Shown: positions 18,497 to 28,395 of the stretch, one piece after another
Layout: every line of letters starts with the position of its first letter
How positions within the stretch are numbered: position 1 is the stretch's first letter
Assembly (NCBI GenBank): GCA_017412085.1
Contig: JAFPYS010000019.1
Location: forward strand, 17,869 to 81,868
Reading direction: 5' to 3'
DNA: 64,000 nucleotides
From: Alphaproteobacteria bacterium
GTDB taxonomy: Bacteria > Pseudomonadota > Alphaproteobacteria > CAAHEQ01 > UBA3637
Translations under genes and position numbers: made by a program
Notes under the pieces: model-generated
What the model was told of the DNA's origin: nothing
The model's input: only the letters and a program-made list of their open reading frames with translations
Database searches by the model: none

Positions 18497-19245
18497 AAGT
18501 GACGATTTTAGGGTGTGGTCCATCTTATGGTATGCCTTCTTTAACACGTGGATTCGGCCCATCAGATCCGAATGAGCCCAAGAATGTGCGTACTCGATCT
18601 GCGATTTTGATCGAAGATAAGGGGTTGAATGTTTTAATTGATACTGGTCCAGAAATTCGTGAACAGCTGTGGCGGATTGGGGCGCCCAAAATTGATGCAC
18701 TTCTTTACACACACGCGCATTATGATCACATGGGGGGAGCGCAAGATGTTCGTAATGTGGCCAAGGAACGCAATCAGATCATGGATGTATATGGGGCGCA
18801 AAAAGATATGTTAGCATTGCATAAGCAGATGCCTTATGTTTTTGAACCTTCTCATCAACCGACCTTTAAAACTCATTATATAAAGCCATATAAAACATTT
18901 AAGATTGGTCACTTAGATATTACGCCGATTTATCAGCATCATGGGGAAGGTTCATCCATTGGTTATCGCATTGGTGATTTTGCGTATTGTACAGATGTGA
19001 AAGCAATTGACCCAGAGGGTTGGAAAGTGTTAAAGGGGGTGAAAGTGTGGGTTTTGGGATGTGTGACAACCAGAGAAAACCCAAAACATATCCACCTGCC
19101 AGAGGCTTTGAAATGGATTCAAAAATTAAAACCAGAACGTGCCTATTTGACACACATGGGATCCAAGATGGATTATCAAACATTGAAGAAAACATTACCT
19201 AAAGGGGTGTTTGCTTGCTATGATGGGTTGGTCATCAAACTATAA
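18493..19245 (+). CDS. MBL-fold metallo-hydrolase
   Basis: YTHAHYDHMGG (the HxHxDH motif), 250 aa. Overlaps the tatD stop. Confidence 0.75.
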   Translation: MKVTILGCGPSYGMPSLTRGFGPSDPNEPKNVRTRSAILIEDKGLNVLIDTGPEIREQLWRIGAPKIDALLYTHAHYDHMGGAQDVRNVAKERNQIMDVYGAQKDMLALHKQMPYVFEPSHQPTFKTHYIKPYKTFKIGHLDITPIYQHHGEGSSIGYRIGDFAYCTDVKAIDPEGWKVLKGVKVWVLGCVTTRENPKHIHLPEALKWIQKLKPERAYLTHMGSKMDYQTLKKTLPKGVFACYDGLVIKL

Positions 19246-19256
19246 AATAAAAAAGA

Positions 19257-20552
19257 TCACTCTTCTTCTTTTAACGCAATGATATCTTGCAGTTTTTGAT
19301 AGTAAGGACTTTGTTTGTTGAAGTGTTCAATTAACTTCTTTGCACGTTTTTGGGCCGCAGGCAATTTATTAGAAGCACGCTCATATTCAGCCATGGCATA
19401 ATCAGATTCTAAATCTTTTCCAAGTTTATTGTATGCGGTTGCCATTAATCGCCAACCAAGAGCCAAATCTGGTTCTTCAACGGTGGCTCGTGACAGAATT
19501 GGAAGAGCTTTTTGGGCCAAATTGGTATCATCTTTTTCCAGGTAGGCTTGAGCTAAGGCCAGCTCTATCAGGGGCTGATGAGGCTTAATTTTATTCGCTT
19601 GTTCATAGTTTTTAATCGCTTCATCTATAAAGCCTTTTTCAAATGAAAATTGTCCCTTCATTTCATAAAGATACGGATCGTTTGGTTTTTCCTTAATCAG
19701 TGTGTCCAATAATTGAAAAGATTTGTTTAAGTCATGCATCTGATAAAAGGCAATAGCTTGGGCGTAACGATCGGAGAAAGTGTTGCCTTTATAATGATTT
19801 AAAACATCCTGAGGCTTTTGCATAAAACCGATTAATTTTGCTTTGATACGTTCAAACATGGGATCTTTTTTCACGGGGGGTGCATTTTCGGTAAAGCGTC
19901 CCAAATCGTGTACGCGACTTTGTGTCATGGGGTGAGTGCGTAAATAACCAAGATCTGATTCGTCATTTAAGCGTTCCAAACGTCTCAGATGTTGCATAAT
20001 GTTGACGAAACCTTGCATGGAATAACCCAGTTTTTTCATAACATCAACGGCGATACGGTCTGCTGAACTTTCTTCGGTTTGTCGATATGTCAAAAATTGT
20101 CCCAAAGCAGATCCTTGAGATCCTATCATGATCGCTATTCCAGCATCTGGTCGGCCAGCAGCGACCGCCAAAATCCCGCCCAAAATTGTGGAAATCAGAG
20201 TGGTTGTTTTGGCTTTTTCCATGGCGGTAATGCCACGGGTAATATGGCCGCCAACAATATGGCCTGTTTCATGCGAGAGAACAAACATCACGTCGTCAAT
20301 GCTGGTGGCTTGAGTCAAAAGTCCCGTGTGTACGAAAATTGTCTGTCCACCAACAACGAAGGCATTTATAGACGGATCGTTTACGAGGACGATTTCTGCG
20401 TTTTCGGGGGGCAAATTGACAGCTTTAAAAATTTTCTTTGCCCATCCTGTGACAGTCTCTTCAATTTCTGTGTCCCGAATGATGGACACAGCATGGGCCG
20501 AAAATCCCCAAAAGAATACAAAGCACAGGAATAAAACATGCAAAATTTTCAT
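19257..20552 (-). CDS. M48 family metallopeptidase with C-terminal TPR repeats (BepA/YfgC-like)
   Basis: Signal peptide from ATG 20552 (MKILHVLFLCFVFFWGFSAHA). HExxH as LSHETGHIVGGH. TPR-like C-terminal half. Confidence 0.8.
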   Translation of the reverse strand: MKILHVLFLCFVFFWGFSAHAVSIIRDTEIEETVTGWAKKIFKAVNLPPENAEIVLVNDPSINAFVVGGQTIFVHTGLLTQATSIDDVMFVLSHETGHIVGGHITRGITAMEKAKTTTLISTILGGILAVAAGRPDAGIAIMIGSQGSALGQFLTYRQTEESSADRIAVDVMKKLGYSMQGFVNIMQHLRRLERLNDESDLGYLRTHPMTQSRVHDLGRFTENAPPVKKDPMFERIKAKLIGFMQKPQDVLNHYKGNTFSDRYAQAIAFYQMHDLNKSFQLLDTLIKEKPNDPYLYEMKGQFSFEKGFIDEAIKNYEQANKIKPHQPLIELALAQAYLEKDDTNLAQKALPILSRATVEEPDLALGWRLMATAYNKLGKDLESDYAMAEYERASNKLPAAQKRAKKLIEHFNKQSPYYQKLQDIIALKEEE

Positions 20553-20614
20553 AAATGAAGAATAGAACAAAAAAATGCGTTCGTCAAGAAAGAATCCTTG
20601 ACAAGTGGAAAATA

Positions 20615-21112
20615 ATGGTATCAAATAGAGTCATGATCAATGAAGATAAAAAGAAAATATTTGTTGGATTCTTGTTTGCCATGCTTTTGGCGATCAGCAT
20701 GATCGTGTTGCATGAGCGTTCTATCACAAAACAATCGCACATTGGATTCACGCTGTATGCGTATTTTAACAAAATAGATGGTGTGGCGAACGGGGTAGAA
20801 GTTCGTTTGGGGGGATTAAAAGTAGGACGTGTTGTCAGCCAAACATTTGCGAAAGACTATCAAATTAAAGTTGAGATGGCTTTAAATAAAGATTATCAGT
20901 TACCTGTGGATTCGTCTGTTCAAATTGAAACAGACGGCTTAATGGGACCAAAGCATATCGAAATTGTACCGGGAGCGGATGATGAATTGCTGCGCGATGG
21001 AGATGCGTTTGGATATACTCAGGATGTGATGATTTTAAATGATTTGCTTGAAAAAGTGGTGGCGTATATGCGCGATAAAAAAGGAGTGACAGATGAAGAA
21101 GAATCCAATTGA
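20615..21112 (+). CDS. MlaD/MCE-domain protein (paralogue 1)
   Basis: N-terminal TM, then an MCE core (GV..G..V...G.KVG.V). The start could be ATG 20615 or 20633; the track start at 20555 is probably too long. Confidence 0.7.
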   Translation: MVSNRVMINEDKKKIFVGFLFAMLLAISMIVLHERSITKQSHIGFTLYAYFNKIDGVANGVEVRLGGLKVGRVVSQTFAKDYQIKVEMALNKDYQLPVDSSVQIETDGLMGPKHIEIVPGADDELLRDGDAFGYTQDVMILNDLLEKVVAYMRDKKGVTDEEESN

Positions 21113-21536
21113 AACAATTTTAGGCTTTTTGGTGTTAATTTTAGCTTGTTTGTTTTTGTTTTTTGCCTGTTCCCGTATCGATACAAAAGATATATCAGGT
21201 TATACAGTGATTGCTAATTTTGCAAAAGTCGGCGGATTGGGTGCCGGTGCTGATGTCCGTATTGCTGGTTTAAAGGTTGGTTCTGTTTTAAAAACAGAAT
21301 TAGACCAGGAAGATTATACGGTTAACGTTTATTTAAGCATTGATTCCAATGTGAAATTACCAATTGACACAGTTGCGGCTATTGCGGACTCTGGTATCAT
21401 GGGCGATAAATATATCCGTTTGGAACCGGGCAAGGCTCAGGCAGTGTTAAATGAGAACGACAAGATGGCACAAACAAAAAGTTATAAGTCCTTAGAAGAC
21501 AGTGTGTCTGAGTTTATCTTTTTATCAACAAAGTAG
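21093..21536 (+). CDS. MlaD/MCE-domain protein (paralogue 2)
   Basis: 147 aa. N-terminal ETILGFLVL TM typical of MlaD, then an MCE core (ADVRIAGLKVGSV). AAAGGAG RBS. Overlaps paralogue 1 by 20 nt. Confidence 0.75.
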   Translation: MKKNPIETILGFLVLILACLFLFFACSRIDTKDISGYTVIANFAKVGGLGAGADVRIAGLKVGSVLKTELDQEDYTVNVYLSIDSNVKLPIDTVAAIADSGIMGDKYIRLEPGKAQAVLNENDKMAQTKSYKSLEDSVSEFIFLSTK

Positions 21537-21542
21537 GGGAAA

Positions 21543-21974
21543 ATGAAAAGAATTTTATTGGCATTTTTGTGTGGCATTAGTTGCAGCCTTCATGCTGCTG
21601 ATTTTCCGACAGAAGCTGTGTTGTTACAAGCTTTAGATAAGACAACAGGGCGGACAAGTTTTTTAACTGTTAAAGTTGGAGAGCCTTATGAATATGGGGA
21701 TTTAATCGTCAAGGTTGAAAAGTGTATGAAACGTCCCCAGGAAGAAACACCGGAAAATTCCGTGTTTATTAATGTGTCGGAAAAAACAGGCAATGAAATT
21801 TTTAATGGATGGATGTTTTCTTCAAATCCTGCGTTGTCTGCTATGGAGCATCCCGTTTACGATATATGGGTTATTGAGTGCAAGAATAAAAATGCTGCGC
21901 CCATACAACCGATTGTGTCTGCTGTTGAGTTGGGTGAAACAGAGGAAGTGAATACGGACGAATTAGAAGACTAG
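21543..21974 (+). CDS. DUF2155 domain protein
   Basis: Signal peptide. LQALDKTTGRTSFLTVKVGEPYEYGDLIVKVEKCMKRPQEETPE matches my recollection of the alphaproteobacterial DUF2155 pattern (L.KvTgr...f.v.vG....fG.L.i....C.krPp.e.Pe). Confidence 0.65.
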   Translation: MKRILLAFLCGISCSLHAADFPTEAVLLQALDKTTGRTSFLTVKVGEPYEYGDLIVKVEKCMKRPQEETPENSVFINVSEKTGNEIFNGWMFSSNPALSAMEHPVYDIWVIECKNKNAAPIQPIVSAVELGETEEVNTDELED

Positions 21975-22963
21975 ACGTGTTCCTTTAAACAAAAATTCCT
22001 GATGTTTTGAAACGTTGTCTGTAAAATTCTTTGTAATGCATCTGTTGTATTAAAGGCAATATGTGGTGTTGCAATGACATGGGGGTGTTGTAACAGCTTT
22101 AAATTCATGGCAGAATCTAATAAAATTTGGGTTTCATTGTTGTGTTTGTGTAACAAAAGATCGTCATGTAACAAGATGTCCTCGTTTTCTAAAACATCCA
22201 ACCCAGCAGCGGCGACAACACCGGATTTTACGGCTTGATAAAGGGCTTGAGTATCGATTAAATCGCCCCGCGCCGTGTTAATAATATAAACGCCTTTTTT
22301 CATTTTTTTAAAAGCTTGTTGATTTAATAAATGATAATTTTCGGGGGTTGATGGAATGTGCAATGAAATAATATCGCTCTGTTTTAAAAGGCTCTCAAAG
22401 GAAACATAATAATCTTGTAATTCCTTTGTCGGATACAGATCATAAGCCAAGACTTTCATGCCAAAGCCGTTTGCCAAACGAATCATGTGGCGCCCAATGG
22501 AGCCGGTGCCAATAATGCCAATTGTTTTCCCATATAAATCAAATCCGGTGTACTCAGACGTATGAATTCGATTTCTGGCCATATCTTGTTGGGCGTTAAT
22601 AATGTGGCGCGAAATATTAAGCAGAAGTCCAAAAGCAAATTCGGCGACAGTTTGGGCCCCGTAATAAGGGACATTAACTATCTGGATGCGACGCTTATGG
22701 CAGTATTGCTGATCAATGTGGTTAATGCCCGTGCTTCGTGTTGCAATTAGCTTTAGATTAGGAAAGAGATCTAATTTTTTGGGATCTAAGATCTCTGAGT
22801 GCGTAAAAACGGAAATAACAGCTGCATCTGAATAAGATTGAAGGTTTTTGTGTGAAGTTTGATTTAAGCTATTTTTTTCAAAAACAAACGTTGTGTTTTT
22901 GATTGGATGTTGTTTGGCAAAGCTTTTTAAATCCGAATCCGTATCAAAAAATATAACCTTCAT
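21971..22963 (-). CDS. D-isomer-specific 2-hydroxyacid dehydrogenase (D-lactate / phosphoglycerate dehydrogenase family)
   Basis: NAD fold GIIGTGSIGRHM. Catalytic-region strings NTARG..ID and ATPHIAF. Start trimmed to ATG 22963 (MKVIFFD). Substrate is not assignable from sequence alone. Confidence 0.8.
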   Translation of the reverse strand: MKVIFFDTDSDLKSFAKQHPIKNTTFVFEKNSLNQTSHKNLQSYSDAAVISVFTHSEILDPKKLDLFPNLKLIATRSTGINHIDQQYCHKRRIQIVNVPYYGAQTVAEFAFGLLLNISRHIINAQQDMARNRIHTSEYTGFDLYGKTIGIIGTGSIGRHMIRLANGFGMKVLAYDLYPTKELQDYYVSFESLLKQSDIISLHIPSTPENYHLLNQQAFKKMKKGVYIINTARGDLIDTQALYQAVKSGVVAAAGLDVLENEDILLHDDLLLHKHNNETQILLDSAMNLKLLQHPHVIATPHIAFNTTDALQRILQTTFQNIRNFCLKEHV

Positions 22964-23014
22964 CTTCTTTCTCCCGATGAAAGAGATGGGATAGATGAGG
23001 GGTAAAAACAAGAG

Positions 23015-23860
23015 TTATTTCATTAATAAATCTAAAAAGTGGATAATTTTTTCACGCGTTTTATCACGAGGGACAACTTGATCAATCATACCATGTTCCA
23101 GCAAATATTCTGATTTTTGGAAGTTTTCTGGTAATTTTTCATGAATTGTTTGCTCAATGACACGAGCGCCAGCAAAACCAATGGTGGCGCCAGGTTCGGC
23201 CAAGGTAATGTCAGCCAACATGGCAAAAGAGGCTGTAACACCGCCCGTGGTTGGGTTTGTTAAAAGAACGATGTAAGGAAGGCGCTGTTGCTTTAATTTT
23301 TTAACAGCTAATACTGTTCGTGCCATCTGCATCAAAGACAAGATGCCCTCTTGCATACGTGCGCCGCCAGAAGCTGGGATAAGCAAAAGAGCAGCTTGTT
23401 TGTTTAAGGCAAGATCTGCCGCTTTAATGATTGCTTGACCAACGGTGGTATTCATTGATCCTCCCATAAAGTCGAAATCGAAAACACCGATAACAACGGG
23501 ATGTCCCCCCATTAGGCCAGAGGCAAGAACAACGGCCTCGTCATGATTTGTCTTTTTGCGAGCTTCTTTCAGGCGATCAGTGTATTTCTTAATATCTTTG
23601 AAGTGAAGAGGATCTTCTTTTGTTTGTGGAAGTTTGATTGGCGTAAATTTTGCCTCATCAAACAAAAGTTCTAATCGCTTCATCGGAGATAAGCGAAAAT
23701 GGTACTGGCACGACGGGCAAACAAAATCGTGCTTTTGGACCTCAGAATGATATAACATATTGCCGCAGCCAGGACATTTGTCCCAGTAATTATCTGGAAT
23801 ATCCTTTACAATGTTGACCTTTTTAACAATAGGCCGGTTGCGGTTGTTAATCCAATTCAT
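23015..23860 (-). CDS. accD: Acetyl-CoA carboxylase carboxyltransferase subunit beta
   Basis: N-terminal Zn ribbon CPGCGNMLY...CPSCQYH, then a carboxyltransferase domain (FDFDFMGGSM, SGGARMQEG). Confidence 0.9.
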   Translation of the reverse strand: MNWINNRNRPIVKKVNIVKDIPDNYWDKCPGCGNMLYHSEVQKHDFVCPSCQYHFRLSPMKRLELLFDEAKFTPIKLPQTKEDPLHFKDIKKYTDRLKEARKKTNHDEAVVLASGLMGGHPVVIGVFDFDFMGGSMNTTVGQAIIKAADLALNKQAALLLIPASGGARMQEGILSLMQMARTVLAVKKLKQQRLPYIVLLTNPTTGGVTASFAMLADITLAEPGATIGFAGARVIEQTIHEKLPENFQKSEYLLEHGMIDQVVPRDKTREKIIHFLDLLMK

Positions 23861-23872
23861 AGGGAACCTTTG

Positions 23873-24148
23873 TTATTTGTTAAGTGCTTGTTTTACAGCC
23901 TTACCAGCTTTAAAGAAGGGCACTTTCTTTTGGGATACTTGAACAGAGGCGCCAGTTTTAGGATTGCGTCCCGTACGGGCCTTACGTGTTCTGACGGACA
24001 AAACACCAAATTCACGTAATTCAACGCGATTGCCCTCAACAAGGGCTTCTGTAATGGTGTCAAAAATAGTGTTCACAATGCGTTTTGCAACAGTTTTGGA
24101 AACGTTTTCCGTTTCGGCAATTTTATCAATCAATTCAGATTTAATCAT
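23873..24148 (-). CDS. HU/IHF family DNA-binding protein (IHF-beta-like)
   Basis: 91 aa. MIKSELIDKIA start, and an arm region RTGRNPKTG...V..FK.GK. Confidence 0.85.
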   Translation of the reverse strand: MIKSELIDKIAETENVSKTVAKRIVNTIFDTITEALVEGNRVELREFGVLSVRTRKARTGRNPKTGASVQVSQKKVPFFKAGKAVKQALNK

Positions 24149-24181
24149 CTTGTCATCCTTTCATCTATAACGTTTATATTT

Positions 24182-25105
24182 TTACTTCTTTTTTTTAGAA
24201 AAGTCAAGTGGTGATTGATTTTTCTGTTTGTTCATCTCTTCGGCGCCCGAAACAATATCGATCAGCTCATCAGTAATTTGTGCTTGTCTGAGTTGTTGAT
24301 ACTGGAGATGAAATTCATCCAAAGAATCTTCAATGTTTTGTTCCGCTTCTTGCATATGAATCATGCGGGTATAGTGTTCACTTGCCAAACTAGAAACTAG
24401 ATCGTGTAGTACCATAACGGTCAGATACTCGTGCAAAAGAGCGCGAAACAATTGATCTTTATCAACGCTAATCATTGGAAGAGAGCGCCCATCCCATTTG
24501 GTGCGTTGCAATTGGTCCATATTTTCTTCTGGAAAGGGAATTAATTGCCGTGCCCGAGCGACAAAAGCGGCATTTCCTTGTTTGTGATTTGAAAATAAAT
24601 ATACAAAATCGATTTTATGAGCTGAGGCAATCTTGTTTATTTTGTTTAAAAGTTGTGCTGATATGGGCGCCAATTCTTTAAGTGAGTTTGAAATAGGATA
24701 GGTCGCCTCCAAAATATATTTAGGCTTGGATGAAGCCAGCAATCCGATGCGTTTGCCAACGGCGATAATATGTGGTTTGGAATCCGGAAACTGGTTTTGT
24801 AAATATTTTTCTGTAAATTTCATTAAATCCCGATTAAAGCGTCCAACCAACCCATTGTCTGAACCAATAATAATACCCAGGACATCTGACGCTTTGCTTG
24901 AAGATTTTGGGAGATCATAGTGAAAAGAATCTTGAGCAAATAATCCATGGAAAGCATCGCGGATTGTTTGCCCGTATTGCCTGAGGGATTGAAGCGCTTT
25001 TTCGTACTGACCAACGCTGACGGAGGACAGCATTTTCATGGTGCTGACAATCTCACCAAGATCCGAAGTCGTTTTTATTCGACGATTAAGCGCTTCTAAG
25101 CTCAT
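24182..25105 (-). CDS. atpG: N-type ATPase gamma subunit
   Basis: 307 aa. Gamma-like N- and C-terminal helices (IKTTSDLGEIVSTMKMLS ... ITDELIDIVSGAE). Last gene of the operon. Confidence 0.85.
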   Translation of the reverse strand: MSLEALNRRIKTTSDLGEIVSTMKMLSSVSVGQYEKALQSLRQYGQTIRDAFHGLFAQDSFHYDLPKSSSKASDVLGIIIGSDNGLVGRFNRDLMKFTEKYLQNQFPDSKPHIIAVGKRIGLLASSKPKYILEATYPISNSLKELAPISAQLLNKINKIASAHKIDFVYLFSNHKQGNAAFVARARQLIPFPEENMDQLQRTKWDGRSLPMISVDKDQLFRALLHEYLTVMVLHDLVSSLASEHYTRMIHMQEAEQNIEDSLDEFHLQYQQLRQAQITDELIDIVSGAEEMNKQKNQSPLDFSKKKK

Positions 25106-26617
25106 TTATAATCCTTTTTTATCAAGGGCCGAACGAAAGGCATCCAATAATTTGTTTTGAGTAGATGGATCTAGTTTCTCTCGCTTTAAAACAATTCGAT
25201 CAACAATGGATGAGAAACGTTGATGAAGTGTTTTATGAATAATATCTTGTGCCTGCAAGATTTGTTTGTCATTCATTGTATCAAAAATGCCATTGTTCAC
25301 AGATAAGAAGACTGCGATTTGGGTTGCCACATCCATGGGGTGAAATTGAACCTGTTGTAAAACCAAACGAATTGCATGACCACGATTTAACTTCTGCTGT
25401 GTTTCAGCATCCAGTTGAACGCCAAATTTTGAGAAGGATTCCAATTCTTCAAATTGTGAGTAAAAAAGCTTAAGTGGCCCCAATAATTGCCGATAAGCAG
25501 GTAATTGGGCTTCACCCCCAACGCGGGAGACAGAACGACCTGTATCAATTGCGGGCATGATGCCCTTTTGGAACAAGGACGTTGATAAATAAATCTGACC
25601 ATCTGTAATAGAAATTACATTGGTTGGAATATACGCGGAAATATTGCCCGCTTCCGTTGAAACAATTGGAAGAGAAGTTAATGAACCACCGCCCAATTTG
25701 TTAATTAAATGTGTGGAGCGTTCAAGTAATCTTGAATGAATATAGAAAATATCTCCAGGATAGGCTTCACGTCCAGGGGGTGTTCTTAAAAGTAAAGACA
25801 TCTGACGATAGGCGCGCGCATGGGCAGTTAGATCATCATAAACAATCAGAACATCCTTGCCTTTCATCATAAACCATTCGGCAATAGATGTGGCAGAATA
25901 GGGTGCAATAAATTGTAAACCGGCTTCTTCTTCACCGTTGGCAACAACAATAACGGAATGGTCCATCATGCCGCCGTTTTTTAATTGATCAATAACACGT
26001 GCGGTATCGGCACTGCGTTGCCCAATGGCGCAATAAATACAAATAACACCTGTTTCTTTTTGATTTAGGATGGTATCGACAGCAATGGCCGTTTTACCCG
26101 TTTGACGATCTCCCAGGATTAACTCACGTTGTCCCCGTCCAATCGGGGTAAAGGAATCGATAGCCTTAATTCCTGTTTGAAGAGGGGTATCCACTGGGGC
26201 GCGATCCATGATAGAATGTGCTGGTCGTTCAATCGGCCAATTTTCTTTTGTGTGTATCTTGCCCTGTTCATCCAACGGTTGACCCAAAGGATTTATGACA
26301 CGCCCCAACAATTCCGGGCCGACAGGAACTTCCAAAATGCGTCCAGTTTGCTCTGCCCGGTCTCCCGCCGTTAAAGAATCCGCATTTGTTAAAAACACAA
26401 CACCAGCTGATTTGTCTTCCAAGTTATGAACCATGCCAATCACACCATTCTTAAATGTCAAAAGCTCATTAATTTTTGCATTAGATAGCCCAGATACTTG
26501 TGCTGTTCCTGCGGAAATAGATATAACTTCATTTGCCTCTTTCACGTGCAATTTGGGGGCTGTTTTTTTGATGGCAGCTTGAATGCTTCGATCTATTTTT
26601 AAAGCTTTTTGTTTCAT
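25106..26617 (-). CDS. atpA: N-type ATPase alpha subunit
   Basis: 503 aa. Walker A GDRQTGKT. Carries LLLRTPPGREAYPGD and IYLSTSLF. Confidence 0.95.
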   Translation of the reverse strand: MKQKALKIDRSIQAAIKKTAPKLHVKEANEVISISAGTAQVSGLSNAKINELLTFKNGVIGMVHNLEDKSAGVVFLTNADSLTAGDRAEQTGRILEVPVGPELLGRVINPLGQPLDEQGKIHTKENWPIERPAHSIMDRAPVDTPLQTGIKAIDSFTPIGRGQRELILGDRQTGKTAIAVDTILNQKETGVICIYCAIGQRSADTARVIDQLKNGGMMDHSVIVVANGEEEAGLQFIAPYSATSIAEWFMMKGKDVLIVYDDLTAHARAYRQMSLLLRTPPGREAYPGDIFYIHSRLLERSTHLINKLGGGSLTSLPIVSTEAGNISAYIPTNVISITDGQIYLSTSLFQKGIMPAIDTGRSVSRVGGEAQLPAYRQLLGPLKLFYSQFEELESFSKFGVQLDAETQQKLNRGHAIRLVLQQVQFHPMDVATQIAVFLSVNNGIFDTMNDKQILQAQDIIHKTLHQRFSSIVDRIVLKREKLDPSTQNKLLDAFRSALDKKGL

Positions 26618-27405
26618 TTACGTGCCTTTCGTTGAACGGGGACAATTAAATTTTCGATATTTTGTTTTAAACGTTGGTTGATTTCCTCCAAATAACCATT
26701 CAAATTCCATTCTAGTACGAAAGTACCAACGCGCATTTCGATTCCCAACACTAAATCTTGACGCTTTTTGAATTGAAAGCGCATTTTGGGAGGAAGTGTA
26801 AGATTTTTGCTCACAATATTTTGGATATAAACTTGTTGTTTCGTCGTTAATTTTTCTGATGTGATAATCTGAATTAACTTTTCTTGTTTAATAAGCTTTT
26901 CCAGAACATTTTTCTTTTGTTTTGAAAGAGCGTGAATCTTTTTGTGAAACAAAGATAGGATTTGATCCATAGGTGTTTGTTGGGTCCATTCGGATAAAAT
27001 TTTCCGAGACAACGTCATAAATTCAGTTGCAAGCATTTCTTGAATGCTTACCTGTGATGTTTCCCATGAACGATTTAAATCTTCCTGCAAATTTTCGCGC
27101 TTAATCCTGTAATTTAATTCCAATTCTTTCATCATTTTAGCTTTTTGTTGATGAATATCGCGTTCCATTTCATCTAATCGTTTTTGATATAATTTATCAA
27201 AATCCTTTTGTTGTTGTTTTAGATGTGCTTCCTGTTCTTCCGAGGATTTTAGTTTGTCCTCAGCTTCTTGTATGGTGTCGGCGACTTCTTTCCTGCGCTT
27301 ATCTATAATACTTAGAACTGGCCGGTACAAGAAATGTTGTAACAACCATATTAATAAGAACAGGTTAACAATTTGCGCGATAAATGTGATAAGATTAAAT
27401 CCCAT
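26614..27405 (-). CDS. atpF: N-type ATPase subunit b with a delta/OSCP-like C-terminal extension
   Basis: 263 aa. N-terminal TM, long charged coiled coil, then a C-terminal segment (LVLGIEMRVGTFVLEWNLNGYLEEINQRL) resembling the C-terminus of subunit delta. No separate delta gene is present in the operon. Confidence 0.75.
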   Translation of the reverse strand: MGFNLITFIAQIVNLFLLIWLLQHFLYRPVLSIIDKRRKEVADTIQEAEDKLKSSEEQEAHLKQQQKDFDKLYQKRLDEMERDIHQQKAKMMKELELNYRIKRENLQEDLNRSWETSQVSIQEMLATEFMTLSRKILSEWTQQTPMDQILSLFHKKIHALSKQKKNVLEKLIKQEKLIQIITSEKLTTKQQVYIQNIVSKNLTLPPKMRFQFKKRQDLVLGIEMRVGTFVLEWNLNGYLEEINQRLKQNIENLIVPVQRKARK

Positions 27406-27415
27406 TTAGCCTCAC

Positions 27416-27694
27416 TTATTTTGTTGCCATTTCAACCGCAAAATTCCAAAATGGATTAAAGTATAAAATCAAAACTGTAATCACGAAAGCGTAAATTGCA
27501 GTTGATTCCACCATTGCCATTGCCACAAATAAAGTACGTGTGATGTTGGAAGATTCATCCGGTTGTTGAGCCATTGAGCGCAAAGCATTGGCCGCAATAT
27601 TTGCCTCTCCAATAGCTGGGCCAACGCCTCCAATAGCAACACATAATGCTGCTGATAAGACAGATATCATTCCAATCCATGTAATTGAATCCAT
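27416..27694 (-). CDS. atpE: N-type ATPase c subunit (two-carboxylate Na+-type site)
   Basis: 92-aa helical hairpin. Helix 1 reads GPAIGEANIA (E30); helix 2 reads MVESTAIY (E63, S64, T65, Y68). GGAGAA RBS. Confidence 0.9.
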   Translation of the reverse strand: MDSITWIGMISVLSAALCVAIGGVGPAIGEANIAANALRSMAQQPDESSNITRTLFVAMAMVESTAIYAFVITVLILYFNPFWNFAVEMATK

Positions 27695-27696
27695 AG

Positions 27697-28395
27697 TTAT
27701 TCTCCTTTTGTATCGTTATTGTTAATCAAAACTTCTTCGGGGGCTACCGCCGATACATATACGATAGCAAGAAGTGCAAAAATGTAAGCCTGGATGGTTC
27801 CCGTTAACAGTCCTAATAATTGTAGAGGAATGGGGACTACAAATGGTGCCAGCATTAATAAAACGCTGACAATCACAATACCGCTCAGCATGTTCCCATA
27901 CAGACGAAAAGCCAAGGCAAAGGTGGAAGAAAAATCAGAAATAATATTCATTGGTAACATAATTGGTGTTGGATCGATAAATTTTTTAAAATATTTCCTT
28001 AGACCAGCATTTTTGGTGCCATAGTAAGGGATGGCAAAGAAAACGACCGAAGCAAAAGCTACCGTCGTAGATAAACTGGCGGTTGGTGGATCAAATCCTG
28101 GAATCAGGGCCAGGAAGTTGGCCGTTGCAATAAATAAAAAGAAGGTGCCAATAAGGGAGATGTATTTGTTTGGGCGATCGTTACTGACAGCGTGAATCTG
28201 TCCACACAGGGTGCTCACAAGCATCTCCATAACCATTTGTAAACGTCCAATATTTTTGCCGCTAGTAAGTGTGCGTGTTGTGATGATGGATAAAACCAAA
28301 AGGACCAACATAGTGATCCATGTGTAAAACAATGTGGCATTAACTGGAAGGCCAAATAAATAGAACAAAATCTGAGTGTCCAAATTTTGAATCAT
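27697..28395 (-). CDS. atpB: N-type ATPase a subunit
   Basis: 232 aa, polytopic. Essential-Arg region LAFRLYGNMLSG. Confidence 0.9.
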   Translation of the reverse strand: MIQNLDTQILFYLFGLPVNATLFYTWITMLVLLVLSIITTRTLTSGKNIGRLQMVMEMLVSTLCGQIHAVSNDRPNKYISLIGTFFLFIATANFLALIPGFDPPTASLSTTVAFASVVFFAIPYYGTKNAGLRKYFKKFIDPTPIMLPMNIISDFSSTFALAFRLYGNMLSGIVIVSVLLMLAPFVVPIPLQLLGLLTGTIQAYIFALLAIVYVSAVAPEEVLINNNDTKGE

